A stretch of 64,000 nucleotides of DNA, from positions 8,493-72,492 of the forward strand of contig JBGVRO010000052.1 of assembly GCA_045128515.1 (NCBI GenBank), written 5' to 3'. This DNA is from Eubacteriales bacterium (GTDB lineage Bacteria > Bacillota > Clostridia > Oscillospirales > CAG-272). Under the pieces are notes generated by a model. It did not search any database. It saw only the letters and a list, made by a program, of their open reading frames with translations, and was not told where the DNA came from. A program made the translations under genes and the position numbers. Of this stretch, positions 62,236 to 64,000 are shown piece after piece (position 1 is the stretch's first letter; the number at the start of each line of letters is the position of its first letter).

Positions 62236-64000
62236 ATGCAGGAGCGAAAATATCTTTTGGAATTGGCAAAGCAGTACCCCTCAAGAAAGGCAGCCGCTGC
62301 TGAAATAATCAGGCTTAACGGCTTGTTAAATCTACCCAAGGGTACCGAGCATTTCTTAAGTGATATACACGGAGAGTGGGAGGCGTTCTCTCACATAAGA
62401 CGCAATGCATCGGGAGTTATAAGAAACAAGGTAAGACAGCTGTTTGAAAAGGAGCTTAACGAAACTCAGCGCGCCGAGCTTTCAAGCCTGATATACTACC
62501 CCGACGAAAAGCTTGACGAAGCAAGACAGAGAGAATCGAACATTGCCGAATGGTATACTGTAACTATTGACAGACTACTTAAGGTATGCCGCCTTGTCGG
62601 AAGCAAATACACGCGCGAGGTCGTTCGTGAGCATCTTAAAAGTAAAGCGGGCGAGTTCGTATATATCCTTGAGGAGCTGCTGATCGACGGAGACGACAAG
62701 ATGAAGTCACAGTACTGCGAAAGTATTGTAAGAACCGCTGTCAGAATCGGTGCGGCAGAGGATCTTATCAAGGGTCTGTGCGACACGATAAAGAGTCTTG
62801 TTATCAAGCACCTGCATATCGTCGGTGATCTCTTCGACAGAGGACCAAGAGCAGATATGGTTCTCGACGAGCTGATGCGAGAAGGTTCTATTGACATTCA
62901 GTGGGGTAATCACGATGCCCTGTGGATGGGCGCAGCAGCAGGATCGAGAGTATGTATTGCAACGGTACTCAACAACTCCATAACCTATAAAAATCTTGAC
63001 GTTATCGAAATAGGCTACGGTATATCTCTGCGCCCCCTTGCCCTTTTTGCAGAAGAGGTTTACGGCTCGTCCGATATTTCGGCTTATATGCCAAAGGGCA
63101 GCTCCGAGGGTAATTTCTTCGGTGGTACAGACGATACTCTGCTTGCTATGATGCATAAGGCAATAAGCATCATACAATTTAAGCTTGAGGGTCAGACGAT
63201 CAAAAGAAACCCAAGCTTTTTAATGAATGAGCGACTTATTCTTGAGCAGATCGACAAAAGCAATGGTACGGTTGTAATAAGTGGCAAGGAATACAAGCTG
63301 CGCGACTGCGACTTCCCGACGATTGGTGACGATCCCTATGAGCTTACCGAGGGCGAGAGCCGTGTTATGGAATATCTGCGAGTAGCCTTTATGCGCTCGG
63401 ATAAGCTGAACAAGCAGATCCGCTTTATCTACGACAAGGGCGGAATGTACACCATATACAATAACAACCTGCTCTATCACGGAGCTATCCCCATGGACGA
63501 GAACGGTGAGTTTATGCACCTTGAGGCGGGCGGTGGCAGATGTGGCAGAGCGCTCATGGACTACTGTGACAAGATGGCAAGAACAGGCTATTTTGCCAAG
63601 GACGGCACTGCAGAAAGACAGGCAGGCAAGGATTTCCTTTGGTTCCTCTGGTGCGGAAAGGATTCGCCGCTTTGTGCCAGAAAGAAGATGGCAACCTTTG
63701 AGAGACTTTTGATAGATGACAAGGCTGCCTGGGTAGAGCCCAAGAATGCCTACTATCAGTCATGGGACAACGAGAAGATCGCTATAAAGATACTCGAGGA
63801 ATTCGGTCTTCCCACCATTGGATCGCATATTATCAACGGTCATCTGCCTGTTAGCAGAGGTGAAAATCCCATTAAGGCGAACGGCAGAATACTTGTTATT
63901 GACGGTGGATTCTGCAAGGCTTATCACGGAAATACAGGTATCGGCGGTTATACCCTGATATACAATGCCGACGGAATCAGACTTCAGGCGCACGAGCCCT
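62236..64000 (+). CDS. fbp: Fructose-1,6-bisphosphatase class 3; 3' end cut by the window edge
   Basis: Absent from the track because it runs off the end. GGAGGA SD, then ATG 62236. My translation [60 protein letters not shown]… aligns with B. subtilis Fbp (…[37 protein letters not shown]…). The frame is open to 64000. Confidence 0.92.
   Translation, partial: [588 protein letters not shown]

Overview
The window looks like a Bacillota (Clostridia-like) chromosome segment. I infer this from MecA, class-3 FBPase, a SipW-type signal peptide, BspA-type LRR surface proteins, and many TTGxxx-17-TATAAT promoters with GGAGG Shine-Dalgarno sites. All calls rest on motifs read from the ORF translations and on my own translation of two edge-truncated genes; no database search was possible.

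Layout:
(a) 1..32.4 kb is one unidirectional minus-strand block of 14 genes.
- A Bat-like MoxR ATPase / DUF58 / two BatA-VWA protein operon, preceded by an acidic low-complexity membrane protein.
- A 2864-aa N-terminally anchored LRR/Fn3-like surface protein.
- A roughly 16-kb apparent operon that runs from a giant (about 2547 aa) S8/PA-domain subtilase carrying Big_2, about 850 aa of LRR and a C-terminal TM anchor, through a lipoprotein and an architecturally enlarged Opp-type ABC importer (867-aa binding protein, 440-aa permease with a loop insertion), to a small membrane ORF.
(b) 32.4..37 kb is AT-rich accessory-looking DNA. It holds a YhhN-family membrane protein, a short signal-less pectinesterase, and a secreted 707-aa protein that combines a TasA/camelysin-type SipW-class N-terminus with a beta-helix and a GLUG-like region.
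(c) 37..64 kb is mostly housekeeping:
- Lipid and envelope: a PgsA-like transferase, plsY, murA.
- Translation and tRNA-related: tRNA-Val(GAC) with its own consensus promoter and terminator, trmL, tsaE, tsaB.
- Metabolism: glnA, an LMW-PTP, sfsA, a pdxK-like kinase, rpiB, and fbp (3' partial).
- Secretion: secA, yajC.
- Queuosine-related: a QueG-like reductase and a preQ1-I riboswitch upstream of queT.
- Other: an M50-like protease, DUF3810, a methyltransferase, mecA.

Embedded in (c) are three oddities: a stand-alone Fe-S mini-protein, a CxxC membrane protein followed by a polyferredoxin-thioredoxin fusion, and a roughly 1286-codon DUF4011 / SF1 helicase / Vsr-like nuclease gene (Hhe-like defence architecture) broken by a single in-frame TAA.

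I recognised no rRNA, CRISPR array, transposase or integrase. The most interesting candidate system is the protease-lipoprotein-Opp operon, together with its neighbourhood of the giant LRR protein and the MoxR/VWA genes.
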